Part shown: positions 49,301 through 60,137 of the stretch, piece after piece
Numbering within the stretch: the stretch's first letter is position 1
Layout: each line of letters begins with the position of its first letter
From: Macrostomum hystrix
Lineage: Eukaryota; Animalia; Platyhelminthes
Direction of reading: 5' to 3'
Assembly: GCA_950097015.1 (NCBI GenBank)
Contig: CATNEN010000001.1
Location: 10,478,001-10,542,000, forward strand
DNA: 64,000 bases
Made by a program: the position numbers and the translations under genes
The notes under the pieces: model-generated
Database searches by the model: none
Seen by the model: only the letters and a program-made list of their open reading frames with translations
What the model was told of the DNA's origin: nothing

Positions 49301-52300
49301 GCTGATAGCCGGGACTCCAACGACGGCGGCCTCTCTTCACAGCCTGAGTGACCCACAGCTCCTAGGAAATGAAGGATTGCCGGATTTAGATAATACCGTT
49401 AACTTTTTCTACAGCAAAGCGGTCTAAAGCGTTTGACTCTCGCAACAGAGGTCCCCGAGCTCGATTCCGCGGCGAGGCCAACATTCATTTGTGGGCGCTG
49501 CCGCGGAGAGAAGGCTTGGGGGCTTGTCGTGCAATTTATGCCCTTGAGGGCCAACCTCCAAGGCACAGTGAAAGTGTACACTGCCTGATCATGAGAAAGT
49601 CAGGGCAGATGTACACACCTGTGGGAGTGTGTGCCTGCGTACAGTATCTGTAACACACTACAAGTGGGGAACGAACCTCGCGCTGGCAGACCGAGACCGG
49701 TTTCTGGCTTGTTTGCCTTCGTCAGTCAGCCATAGCCACACGCCATCCTCTCCCACCACTCTTAGTGTGCACAGAAGTCTTTTTTAAGCTTGCCATTTTT
49801 ATGGCGATATTATTTAGTGTTACGTGAGAGTTTTGCAGCCAAGTCTTTGCTTTTCTACTGTTGTCAGTAGTCTGAATTGTATCTCTCACAGTATCTGTGT
49901 GCGTGTGTGCTCAAGAGGCAGCGAAATGGGCAGATTTGCCTCCTCGCTGGCAGCGGGTCTAGTGTCACCAAAATATGTGCCATTGCTCGCAGCCCTCCTG
50001 CAATTATTATTATTATATAATTAATATATTGCTAGTACTTGTAATTACCAATATTTTTGTTCAGGATTTTCTCTGTTTGAAGTGTTTTCAACGCAACTTT
50101 TGTTAAACTGCTCTCTAAGTGACTGACAAGCAAATACTAATAACAAGCAGATGTGAATCGACAAAGAAGAATCGTAGTTGGTCGACAGTGCAGATTAAAA
50201 AAATCGGTGCAGTTCAATTTTTCAATATACGTCATGCGTTCAAAAATTGTTTTAATTACAAAACACGAATCACAGATTTCAAGTCGAAAAGTCACACGGA
50301 GTAAAGAAAATAGCCTTTTGAATAATGAGCAAACGGATAACACACTGTTGAATACAATCCATTCATGGGAAACATTTACAGTTTTTATCATGCAGGTACT
50401 TAATTAATTCAGTTATTTTTACGAGCGTATAATAACACATACAAAAAGCTAATTAACTTTTACCATATCTTTTACAATTAACAACCTTTAATTTTTTTTC
50501 ACTCTAAAATAATTTATCACGCAGACGAGACAATATCGTGCATTGACTTCACGAGACTATACACAAAATAAATATTATTGTTATGACTGTCAGCTACCAC
50601 GGACTAAAATAAAAACAATTTCTTAATACGCACTTTAGCTTTTTTCTGGAGAATTTAATGGAAAATTTAATTTTAAACCTTGCAACAACCCCAAGACACC
50701 AGCTCTTATCTCGAGTGAACGATTTCATTTCAACCCCTGCCCCACCCCATGACACCCACTCTTATCTCGAGTAAATGATTTCATTTCAACCCCTGCCCCA
50801 CCCCATGACACCCGCTCTTATCTCGAGTGAACGATTTCATTTCAACCCCTGCCCCACCCCATGACACACGCTCTTATCTCGAGTGAACGATTTCATTTCA
50901 AACCCTGCCCCACCCACGCCACCCGCTCTTAACTCGGTAAAAAGAGCAACATCAAACCTTGGGATGGTGAACAACGAACGCATCCGAATGAATGGGGCTC
51001 GAGGCGTGGCTTGACGCTGAACTAAATCTAGATCTATGCAAGCGCTGCAACAATAAAGTGGGATTTTAAATGTCAGATGAGTTTATTTTGCGGCAATTCG
51101 CAGTAAAAAGTCCTGCCGATGTTTTCCGTGCGTTAAAACCAAATCTGATATTGCGACAAAATATAATAATTAGCGCAGTTTCACAAGTTAGAACGAGCGT
51201 AGAAGCCACGAAAATTAAAACAATTAAGAGCAACGGAATCGCAATTTGACTATTATTTACTAATAACTTTAAAATGCGAAAAATCCGTTTATGCAATTTA
51301 CAATGTTCTTAAAAGACTATACAAGCTGGCGTACATTAATAAAAATCTAACTATACATTAAATTTTGTTTAGACTGTAATTTACAAACCTGCCTATTAGC
51401 AAATGAGTAGTCTAGTGAATTTTTTCAAATAATGCACGCATCCACTCACCCTCTCCGCGGGGTGCTTCGGCGAGCCCCAGCTGCCGATGTTCTGCTGCGA
51501 TCCGCTGCTAGCTCGCTGATGCTGAGCCGAATTGTCTTCGTGAGCTTCGCCTCCACCGGATTCCTCTAGATTTGGCTCGATGCACAGGTCAACTGTCTGT
51601 GACCACGAGGAACGGAAGTTTAATGAGAAAAGTTTTAAAGCGAAATATGAAACAACACCTTTTGACAGCTGATTGGCTAGAGCTGGTTAGAAGGGTAGGA
51701 AAGAGACATTTCAACCCTCAACCCCATCTGAAAGCTGATAGGCTAGAGCTGGCTAGAAGGGAAGGAAAGAAAAATTTCAACCCTCAACCCCATCTGAAAG
51801 CTGATTGGCTAGAAGGCAATAACAAGGGAATAGCAAGCAAGAATTTTTGTTACAAAAATTATGCTAGCAAAATTTTAACGAAACTACTTCAAGTAGAATG
51901 GTTCATCAAGAAGTAACAAAAGAGCCATACTGTTTGATAAGCAGCCGTGGATGCAGAGAAATTTGCTAGCCACAACTAAACAGAATTGCTAATTCGTTTT
52001 GAAAAACTAATTTCCTTTACCCTCACAAGAGAATAAAATAAATAGAAAGATTGCCTGGGGCGACAACCCATACCTTTCAATCCCAAAAGATTTTGATTCG
52101 AATATTTTGACAATGAAAATTGCCAATCAGATCCCTTTCCTAAGCTAAAAATTAATCCCCACCTTTGCGCGACTAGAGCCTGTGAGGCAATGACACACTA
52201 TCTGTCTTTTTCAAGCATCTTCAGCTGAAATCTGATTCTTGCTTGGACTCAAACCAACTGCTCAAACGGCGGACACCCGCCCCCCCTAACTAATCCGCCT

Positions 52301-54382
52301 CGAATTAGGAAAGGAAAAAATCCCACGGGACAGTATCCTCACAGATGTAAAAATCATCAGAGGAAAGCCTTGGAATTTCTCTGCTCCCGAGATCGATTCT
52401 AATCTAGCAAACAAAATTTTAATTCATTCAAGAAAGAAATTGACAAATAACGCGGCGCACTTAGAATATGGGACTTGTGAAGAGAATAGGCAAGAGTTTA
52501 ATAAATAAAAGTTGAAATAAGGACAACGAATAGATTAAGAAAAAGTGAGAAGAAAACAGAGATAAATGAGACACAAAATGAGAGAGAGACGGAGAGAAGT
52601 CGACAAGGGAGAAGTAGACAAGGGAGAAGTAGACAGGGTAAGAAGTAGACAGGGTGAGAAGTAGACAGGGTGAGAAGTAGACAAGAGGAGAAGTAGACAG
52701 GGTGAGAAGTAGACAGGGTGAGAAGTAGACAGGGTGAGAAGTAGACAGGGTGAGAAGTAGACAGGGTGAGAAGTAGACAGGGTAAGAAGTAGACAGGGTG
52801 AGAAGTAGACAGGGTGATAAGTAGACAGGGTGAGAAGTAGACAGGGTGAGAAGTAGACAGGGTGAGAAGTAGACAGGGTGATAAGTAGACAGGGTGAGAA
52901 GTAGACAGGGTGATAAGTAGACAGGGTGAGAAGTAGACAGGGTGAGAAGTAGACAGGGTGAGAAGTAGACAGGGTGAGAAGTAGACAGGGTGAGAAGTAG
53001 ACAGGGTCAGAAGTAGACAAGGTGAGAAGTAGACAGGGTGAGAAGTAGACAGGGTGAGAAGTAGACAGGGTGAGAAGTAGACAGGGTCAGAAGTAGACAA
53101 GCGGAGAATTAGAGTGGGGGACAAGTAGACAGCGGGAAAAAGTAGACAATGGACAAGAGTAGCACAGCATATCATGATCGCCAGCAGTCTCACCATTATC
53201 TCTGAGCTAATCTCGCGCCTATTGAAGGCCAGCACGCAGGCGTAGGTGCTGGTGCCTAGTAGGAGCCGTTGACCATCTGGCATCAAGCTGATCAGCTGGA
53301 TGGCGTGCGGCGACTCGTCCTGGAGGCTCGGCGGCAAAATCTTCGAGCTTGGACCCGATGGCCCGGCGGCTGGCGAAGATGCCGAAGGGGTTGCGCCGCC
53401 GCTGTCATCGGCAGTTGCTGTTGAAGCAGTCGCGGCTGAGCCTTCGATGTCTGTCGACACCTGCAGGTTAATGGGGTCATTGAATTGAAATCTATCTTTA
53501 GAATGACCTTCGGAAAGGAAATCCATCCGGTTTATTAGAATGACCTTGAGAAGGGAAATCCATCAGTTTTTCCAAGGGAAATCCATCAGTTTTTCCAAGG
53601 GAAATCCATCAGTTCATCCTATAATGACTTTGAGAAGGGAAATCCAAGAGGTCCTATAATGACATTAAAAATAGAAATCTATTTCTTGGAATGACCTTAA
53701 AAGGGGAAATCCATCAGTTTCTAGAATGACCTTAAAAGGGGAAATCCATCAGTTTCTAGAATGACATTAAAAGGGGAAATCCATCAGTTTCTAGAATGAC
53801 CTTAAAAGGGGAAATCCATCAGTTTCTAGAAATAGCCAGCAAAGGAAATCCATCAGTTCCTATAATGACCTTTAGAAGGGAAATCCATGAGGTCCTATAA
53901 TGACATTAAGAATTGAAATATATTTTTTGAATGACCTTGAAAGGGGAAATCCATCAGTTTCTAGAATGACCTTAAAGGGGAAACCCGAAATTCTCACTTG
54001 TCTAGACGGCGGTGCCCGAAACGACGGCGGCGCTGTTACTGACGATTGCGAAGACACAGTCGCTGGCGACCCGGTGTCAAAGTATTTGGACGTCTTCAGT
54101 CGGTACAGAGCCTGCAGCTGCAGCAGCGAGGCGTTCCAGAACTTCACGGATCCGTCGGCGTGGCCGGTGATGAGAACCTCCGAGTAGCTGGTCTTGGAGT
54201 CGCCCCACTTGCCACCCGTCACCGGCCAGCTGTGCTCGCTGAAGCCTTTGGCCTGCTTCTGAGACCGGCCGACTAAGAAGCAGTTCTCGATCAGCTTGTG
54301 CGGACAGTCGGCGACAAAGTGGCATGACGTCACCGGCGACTCGTGCAGATCCATCGGGTACGGATTCTCGAAGTTAGGGTAG
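37322..54382 (-). CDS. STXBP5: Tomosyn / syntaxin-binding protein 5 (Lgl-family WD40 plus C-terminal R-SNARE), 3' part; 5' exons not found in the window
   Basis: Phase-compatible exons: 54382-53998 (YPNFENPYPMDLHESPVT...ITGHADGSVKFW), 53460-53194, 51596-51450, 49361-49213 (SPGYQPEL), 48992-48904 (LAIGNENG), 48816-48737 (NLRSP), variable exons, 41525-41412 (FSRSCSSSTSSL), 40807-40372 (PTLWIGTSHG...LPGLKPLMD), 38667-38572 (RTFQCSNHGHAVYFCSPSEVQK), 38131-37992 (DLPEPP...DREQI), 37906-37779, 37459-37322 (LERGEKLGEV...KDKKFWQF*). Confidence 0.93.
37495..37750. repeat. ~40-bp degenerate tandem repeat (GGTAAGAGAGCTTGATAACACTCTGGGGGAGTGAGGTGGTG) in the last tomosyn intron
   Basis: About 6 imperfect units. 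Confidence 0.75.
38190..38495. repeat. 20-bp minisatellite (GATCAAGCTACCACCCCACC), intronic
   Basis: Seen directly. Confidence 0.85.
38948..39635 (-). mobile_element. Two partial copies (38948-39059, 39413-39635) of the intronic retroposon family, separated by a 21-bp array
   Basis: Both share CTGAGC...GTACGCAGGCA...CAGGTGTGTACATCTGCCCT with 40862-41215. Confidence 0.75.
39085..39400. repeat. 21-bp minisatellite (CTCCCTCATCATCTACCATCT), reverse complement of the 21.4-kb array unit
   Basis: Seen directly. Confidence 0.9.
40862..41215 (-). mobile_element. ~350-bp intronic dispersed element (probably a 5'-truncated retroposon), uninterrupted copy
   Basis: Near-colinear reverse complement of 49405-50020 apart from the insertion in that copy. 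Confidence 0.8.
42355..42590. repeat. 19-bp minisatellite (ATGGGTCAGGGAAGTTTAA), ~12 copies
   Basis: Seen directly. Confidence 0.9.
42886..43357 (-). CDS. STXBP5: Tomosyn variable-region exon (polyQ/Ala/Ser-rich, 157 aa)
   Basis: Acceptor aaaacag|GCC (phase 0) and donor TTTG|gtagcc (phase 1). This supplies the phase change needed to reach exon 41525. Confidence 0.65.
43503..44438 (-). CDS. STXBP5: Tomosyn variable-region cassette exon (312 aa, Pro/Ser/Gln-rich)
   Basis: Acceptor tgctttgtag|AGC and donor CAA|gttggt, phase 0-0. Open GC-rich frame within an AT-rich intron. Confidence 0.6.
47914..48057 (-). CDS. STXBP5: Candidate tomosyn cassette exon (48 aa, phase 0-0)
   Basis: gtgcag|TGC...GAG|gtgggc; GC-rich open frame CLHHSFPSG...KANE. 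Confidence 0.45.
49652..49887 (-). mobile_element. 236-bp hammerhead-bearing short retroelement with an 11-bp TSD (ACAGTATCTGT)
   Basis: TSD at 49641-49651 and 49888-49898; the same 11-mer occurs only once in the empty host copy near 40975-40985. Confidence 0.85.
49689..49731 (-). ncRNA. Minimal type I hammerhead ribozyme
   Basis: Minus strand GGCUGA-CUGACGA-A-GGC-AAACAA-GCC-A-GAAA-CCGG-UC^UCGGUC. Complete core, 6-bp stem I, short stem II, palindromic CCGG loop III and GUC cleavage triplet. An A-A mismatch sits at the base of stem II. Confidence 0.75.
50695..50935. repeat. ~56-bp tandem repeat (CTCTTATCTCGAGTGAACGATTTCATTTCAACCCCTGCCCCACCCCATGACACCCG), ~4 copies
   Basis: Seen directly. Confidence 0.85.
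50958..51044 (-). CDS. STXBP5: Candidate tomosyn cassette exon (29 aa, RLHRSRFSSASSHASSPIHSDAFVVHHPK)
   Basis: ttgttgcag|CGC...AAG|gtttga, 87 bp, phase 0-0, lying between phase-0 neighbouring exons. Confidence 0.45.
52595..53150. repeat. 16-bp minisatellite (GAGAAGTAGACAGGGT)
   Basis: Seen directly. Confidence 0.93.
53500..53985. repeat. ~35-bp degenerate repeat (AATGACCTTAAAAGGGGAAATCCATCAGTTTCTAG) filling a tomosyn intron
   Basis: Seen directly. Confidence 0.85.
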
Positions 54383-54439
54383 CTGGCGACAGAAAGCAAT
54401 GGGAGCTTGATTATTTTTAATGTTGGCGATTAGCGATTG

Positions 54440-54845
54440 AATGGGATATTGTCAGTTTTGGGATATCAGTGATTTTTCGGATATCTGTGATGTTTGGGAT
54501 ATTTGTGATGTTTGGGATATTTGTGATGTTTGGGATATCTATGTTTTTTGGGATATCTGTGATGTTTGGGATATTTGTGATGCTTGGGATATTTGTGATT
54601 TTTGGGATATCTGTGATGTTTGGGATATCTGTGATTTTTGGGATATGTGATTTTTGGGATATCTGTGATGTTTTGGATATTTGTGATGTTTGGGATATCT
54701 GTGATTTTTGGGATATCTGTGATTTTTGGGATATCTATGATTTTTTGGATATCTGTGATTTTTGGGATGTCTGTGATTTTTGCGATATCTAATTATATGT
54801 AATCATATGTGATGTTTTAGATATCTGTGATTCTTGGAATATCTG
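54440..54845. repeat. 18-bp minisatellite (GGGATATCTGTGATGTTT)
   Basis: Seen directly. Confidence 0.9.
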
Positions 54846-55319
54846 ATTTATTTAAACAAAAAAATCTAGAATAAAAATACTAGGGTAGAAATGATTGGAC
54901 AAGTTTTTTCAGCATAGGAGTCCAGGCAAACTCAAGCAACTCAATTTTCTTCTCCACCCTAAAGTGGAGAACCGCGACACGAGTATGACCTGACTAATCA
55001 ATGGACTCTAACACCAGCCTATTGATTATGCCGATTTTTTTAAAGGAAGTTTTCCCATACTAATAATCAGCCACACCTGAACAAAGAAAGGCCAAGATAA
55101 AAAGGATAACCATTCTTCAATCGGGCACTCAAACAAGAATATTTAAATACTGTTATTAAGCGCGTATGGTACTAGACACATGTAATTTTTTACATTGCCT
55201 TCAAATTTTCTTCATCTCCAGCTAAGAAACTTTCAAGCTGAGGTCCAAAAATTAAAATAGTATGCTTATAACGAAATGTATAACAGATATACCCTATAGA
55301 GACAGCGGACCGCATTGAC

Positions 55320-58300
55320 ATGAGAGAGATAAGACACGAGAGAGAGATGAGACACTGGAGAGATGAGACACGGGAGAGATGAGACAGGGGAGAGATGAGA
55401 CAGGGGAGAGGTGAGACAGGGGAGAGATGAGAAACGGGAGAGATGAGACACGGGTAAGATGAGACACGGGAGAGATGAGACACGGGAGAGATGAGACACG
55501 GGAGAGATGAGACACGAGAGAGATGAGACACGGGTAAGATGAGACACGGGAGAGATGAGACAAGGGAGAGATGAGACACGAGAGAGATGAGACACGAGAG
55601 AGATGAGACATGCGAGAGATGAGACACGAGAGAGATGAGACACGGGAGAGATGAGATACAGGAGAGATGAGACACGGGAGAGATGAGACACGGGAGAGAT
55701 GAGACAGGGGAGAGATGAGACACGGGAGAGATGAGACAGGGGAGAGATGAGACAGGGGAGAGGTGAGACAGGGGAGAGATGAGAAACGGGAGAGATGAGA
55801 CACGGGTAAGATGAGACACGGGAGAGATGAGACACGGGAGAGATGAGACACGGGAGAGATAAGACACGAGAGAGATGAGACACGGGTAAGATGAGACACG
55901 GGAGAGATGAGACAAGGGAGAGATGAGACACGAGAGAGATGAGACACGAGAGAGATGAGACATGCGAGAGATGAGACACGAGAGAGATGAGACACGGGAG
56001 AGATGAGATACAGGAGAGATGAGACACGGGAGAGATGAGACACGGGAGAGATGAGACACGGGAGAGATGAGACACGGGAGAGATGAGACACGGGAGAGAT
56101 GAGACACGGGAGAGATGAGACACTGGAGAGATGAGACACGGGAGAGATGAGACAGGGGAGAGATGAGACACGGGAGAGATGAGACACGGGAGAGATGAGA
56201 AACGGGAGAGATGAGACACGGGAGAGAGATGAGACAGGGGAGAGATGAGACACGGGAGAGATGAGACACGGGAGAGATGAGACACGGGAGAGATGAGACA
56301 CGGGAGAGATGAGACACGGGAGAGATGAGACACGGGAGAGATGAGACACTGGAGAGATGAGACACGGGAGAGATGAGACAGGGGAGAGATGAGACACGGG
56401 AGAGATGAGACACGGGAGAGATGAGACACGGGAGAGATGAGACACGGGAGAGATGAGACACGGGAGAGATGAGACACGGGAGAGATGAGACACGGGAGAG
56501 ATGAGACACGGGAGAGATGAGACACGGGAGAGATGAGATACAGGAGAGATGAGACACGGGAGAGATGAGACACGGGAGAGATGAGACACGGGAGAGATGA
56601 GACACGGGAGAGATGAGAAACGGGAGAGATGAGACACGGGAGAGAGATGAGACAGGGGAGAGATGAGACACGGGAGAGATGAGACACGGGAGAGATGAGA
56701 CACGAGAGAGATGAGACACGGGAGAGATGAGAAACGGGAGAGATGAGACAAGGGAGAGATGAGACACGAGAGAGATGAGACACGAGAGAGATGAGACACG
56801 GGAGAGATGAGACACGGGAGAGATGAGACACGGGAGAGATGAGACACTGGAGAGATGAGACACGGGAGAGATGAGACAGGGGAGAGATGAGACACGGGAG
56901 AGATGAGACACGGGAGAGATGAGAAACGGGAGAGATGAGACACGGGAGAGAGATGAGACAGGGGAGAGATGAGACACGGGAGAGATGAGACACGGGAGAG
57001 ATGAGACACGGGAGAGATGAGACACGGGAGAGATGAGACACGGGAGAGATGAGACACGGGAGAGATGAGACACTGGAGAGATGAGACACGGGAGAGATGA
57101 GACAGGGGAGAGATGAGACACGGGAGAGATGAGACACGGGAGAGATGAGAAACGGGAGAGATGAGACACGGGAGAGAGATGAGACAGGGGAGAGATGAGA
57201 CACGGGAGAGATGAGACACGGGAGAGATGAGACACGGGAGAGATGAGACACGGGAGAGATGAGACACGGGAGAGATGAGACACGGGAGAGATGAGACACT
57301 GGAGAGATGAGACACGGGAGAGATGAGACAGGGGAGAGATGAGACACGGGAGAGATGAGACACGGGAGAGATGAGACACGGGAGAGATGAGACACGGGAG
57401 AGATGAGACACGGGAGAGATGAGACACGGGAGAGATGAGACACGGGAGAGATGAGACACGGGAGAGATGAGACACTGGAGAGATGAGACACGGGAGAGAT
57501 GAGACAGGGGAGAGATGAGACACGGGAGAGATGAGACACTGGAGAGATGAGACACGGAAGAGATGAGACACGGGAGAGATGAGGCACGGGAGAGATGAGA
57601 CACGGGAGAGATGAGACACTGGAGAGATGAGACACGGGAGAGATGAGACACGGGAGAGATGAGACACAGGAGAGATGAGACACAGGAGAGATGAGACACG
57701 GGAGAGATGAGACACGGGAGAGAGATGAGACAGGGGAGAGATGAGACACGGGAGAGATGAGACACGGGAGAGATGAGAAACGGGAGAGATGAGACACGGG
57801 AGAGATGAGACACGGGAGAGATGAGACATGGGAGAGATGAGACACGGGAGAGATGAGACACGGGAGAGATGAGACACGGGAGAGATGAGACACTGGAGAG
57901 ATGAGACACGGGAGAGATGAGACACTGGAGAGATGAGACACGGGAGAGATGAGACACTGGAGAGATGAGACACGGAAGAGATGAGGCACGGGAGAGATGA
58001 GACACGGGAGAGATGAGGCACGGGAGAGATGAGACACGGGAGAGATGAGACACGGGAGAGATGAGACAGGGGAGAGATGAGACACGGGAGAGATGAGACA
58101 CTGGAGAGATGAGACACGGAAGAGATGAGACACGGGAGAGATGAGGCACGGGAGAGATGAGACACGGGAGAGATGAGACACGGGAGAGATGAGACACTGG
58201 AGAGATGAGACACGGAAGAGATGAGGCACGGGAGAGATGAGACACGGGAGAGATGAGGCACGGGAGAGATGAGACACGGGAGAGATGAGACACGGGAGAG

Positions 58301-58440
58301 ATGAGACAGGGGAGAGATGAGACACGGGAGAGATGAGACACTGGAGAGATGAGACACGGAAGAGATGAGACACGGGAGAGATGAGGCACGGGAGAGATGA
58401 GACACGGGAGAGATGAGACACGGGAGAGATGAGACACGGG
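55320..58440. repeat. ~3.1-kb 16-bp minisatellite (GAGACACGGGAGAGAT)
   Basis: Seen directly; the three >1000-aa ORFs here are repeat translations. Confidence 0.96.
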
Positions 58441-58877
58441 GGATATAAAGATTGATGCTGAATAGTCGGTTCCCAAAAAAGTAGAGATGATAAATGACTC
58501 TAATGTCATTAAGGAGTTAAGGGGGGTCCCGAAAATTGTGGGATGTGAAATTGACCATAAACTGAATAATAAACTATATATAAATAAAATTCCCAAACGG
58601 ATTTCAGTCCCATCGCCAGCACTAGATTGTTGTTGAAAATGGAGATTTCCTATTTTTCCCGGCGATGACAAATGGCGGCGACTTGCCTGACCGGAGATGA
58701 GGCCGGCTGGGAGTGAAAGAAGAAAAAACTGTTCGGCTGAAAATTTCGACTCAAACGTCTTGCAGGGGTCTACTTCAGTTCACAATTCTACTTCACTTTC
58801 AGTCTCGCCCATTCTCATTTCCTTCCGTCTAGGGCATCCTGTTTTTGAGATTCGAGAGTATATAAAAAACAAAACAA

Positions 58878-58884
58878 TTCTTCT

Positions 58885-58924
<40 letters not shown>
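58878..58924. repeat. (CTT)n(CTG)n trinucleotide run
   Basis: Seen directly. Confidence 0.85.
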
Positions 58925-59139
58925 AGTCTATGTGCATCTTAGGGATCTACGCGAAACGAGCCAAAAAAGATTAACTTTAATCGCCTAGGATGTTATAAGA
59001 CCGTCGATGGGGCATGTTTTGAGTTGGTTAAATCAATTTGAGAAGGGAAAAAGCGATGCCAGACACTAACGATTATAGTACATGCTCGAGTACAGAGCCT
59101 ACAACTGTATAGGCTATTCCTGCTCCGTGACTTTTAAAT

Positions 59140-59635
59140 GGCACTCTCTCCCTACGTTTCAGTGTCACTCCATACCTATGTTTCAATGTCACTCCATGCC
59201 TACGTTTCAATGTCACTCCATGCCTATGTTTCAATGTCACTCCATGCCTATGTTTCAATGTCACTCCATGCCTACGTTTCAATGTCACTCTCTCCTAATG
59301 TTTTAATTTCACTCTTTACCTATGGTTCAATGTCACTCCATGCCTATGTTTCAATGTCACTCCATGCCTATGTTTCAATGTCACTCTCTCCTTATGGTTC
59401 AATGTCACTCCATACCTATGTTTCAATGTCACTCTCTCCCTATGGTTCAATGTCACTCCATACCTATGTTTCAATGTCACTCTCTCCCTATGGTTCAATG
59501 TCACTCTCTCCCTATGTTTCAATGTCACTCTCTCCTTATGGTTCAATGTCACTCCATACCTATGTTTCAATGTCACTCTCTCCCTATGGTTCAATGTCAC
59601 TCCATACCTATGTTTCAATGTCACTCTCTCCCCAT
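59140..59635. repeat. 24-bp minisatellite (TATGTTTCAATGTCACTCCATGCC)
   Basis: Seen directly. Confidence 0.92.
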
Positions 59636-60137
59636 GCCAAAATGTCGCTCTTTATTACTCTACCTTAGGTAATTATATGTCTGAGTTCTAAAATAGTCTG
59701 CCAGAACTTCAGTATTCTAACCAAACAATTATAAATACACAGTTATCTACACAAGTGAGTTAATCAACTATATAGCAGGGACATAGTTAGTTTAAATTTT
59801 TCTCTTTCAACGCATCAATAATTTCCGCAGACTTATCACTAAAGCTAATCTTTCCATTAGGATGATTGGGTGTGCCCGCCCACGCCAGCTTTAGTTGCTA
59901 GGCAGACCGCACAAACTTGGCCATGGCAGTTGGGGAAATTGGGAAAAAAGTAAAAATTTTGTGCTTCTTTTGCACACGCGGTCTTCTGTGAGCTCACGCC
60001 CCATATATTCCTATATTCCTGTCCTTGAGTCAGGCACGATGACCTCGTGCTCCCAGTAGTGCATCTTGGGAATAAATTGGTCTGTCTGACAGCTGAGCCT
60101 ATTTAGGAATCGGGTCCATTTACCCTTTTACCTCCTA

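Larger units (their letters stand above)
49405..50020 (+). mobile_element. Inverted copy of the intronic retroposon with an (ATT)n tail, interrupted by a 236-bp insertion
   Basis: Reverse complement of 40862-41215; ends GCAGCCCTCCTGCAATTATTATTATTAT. Confidence 0.8.

Noticed and set aside
55190-58671. Three >1000-aa ORFs (SHLSRVSSLPCLISPV)
   Set aside because: A 16-bp repeat lacking stop codons on the minus strand gives the same peptide in all three frames.
58668-58682. YY1-like AAATGGCGGCG motif or possible internal promoter
   Set aside because: A single short motif with no supportable downstream gene.
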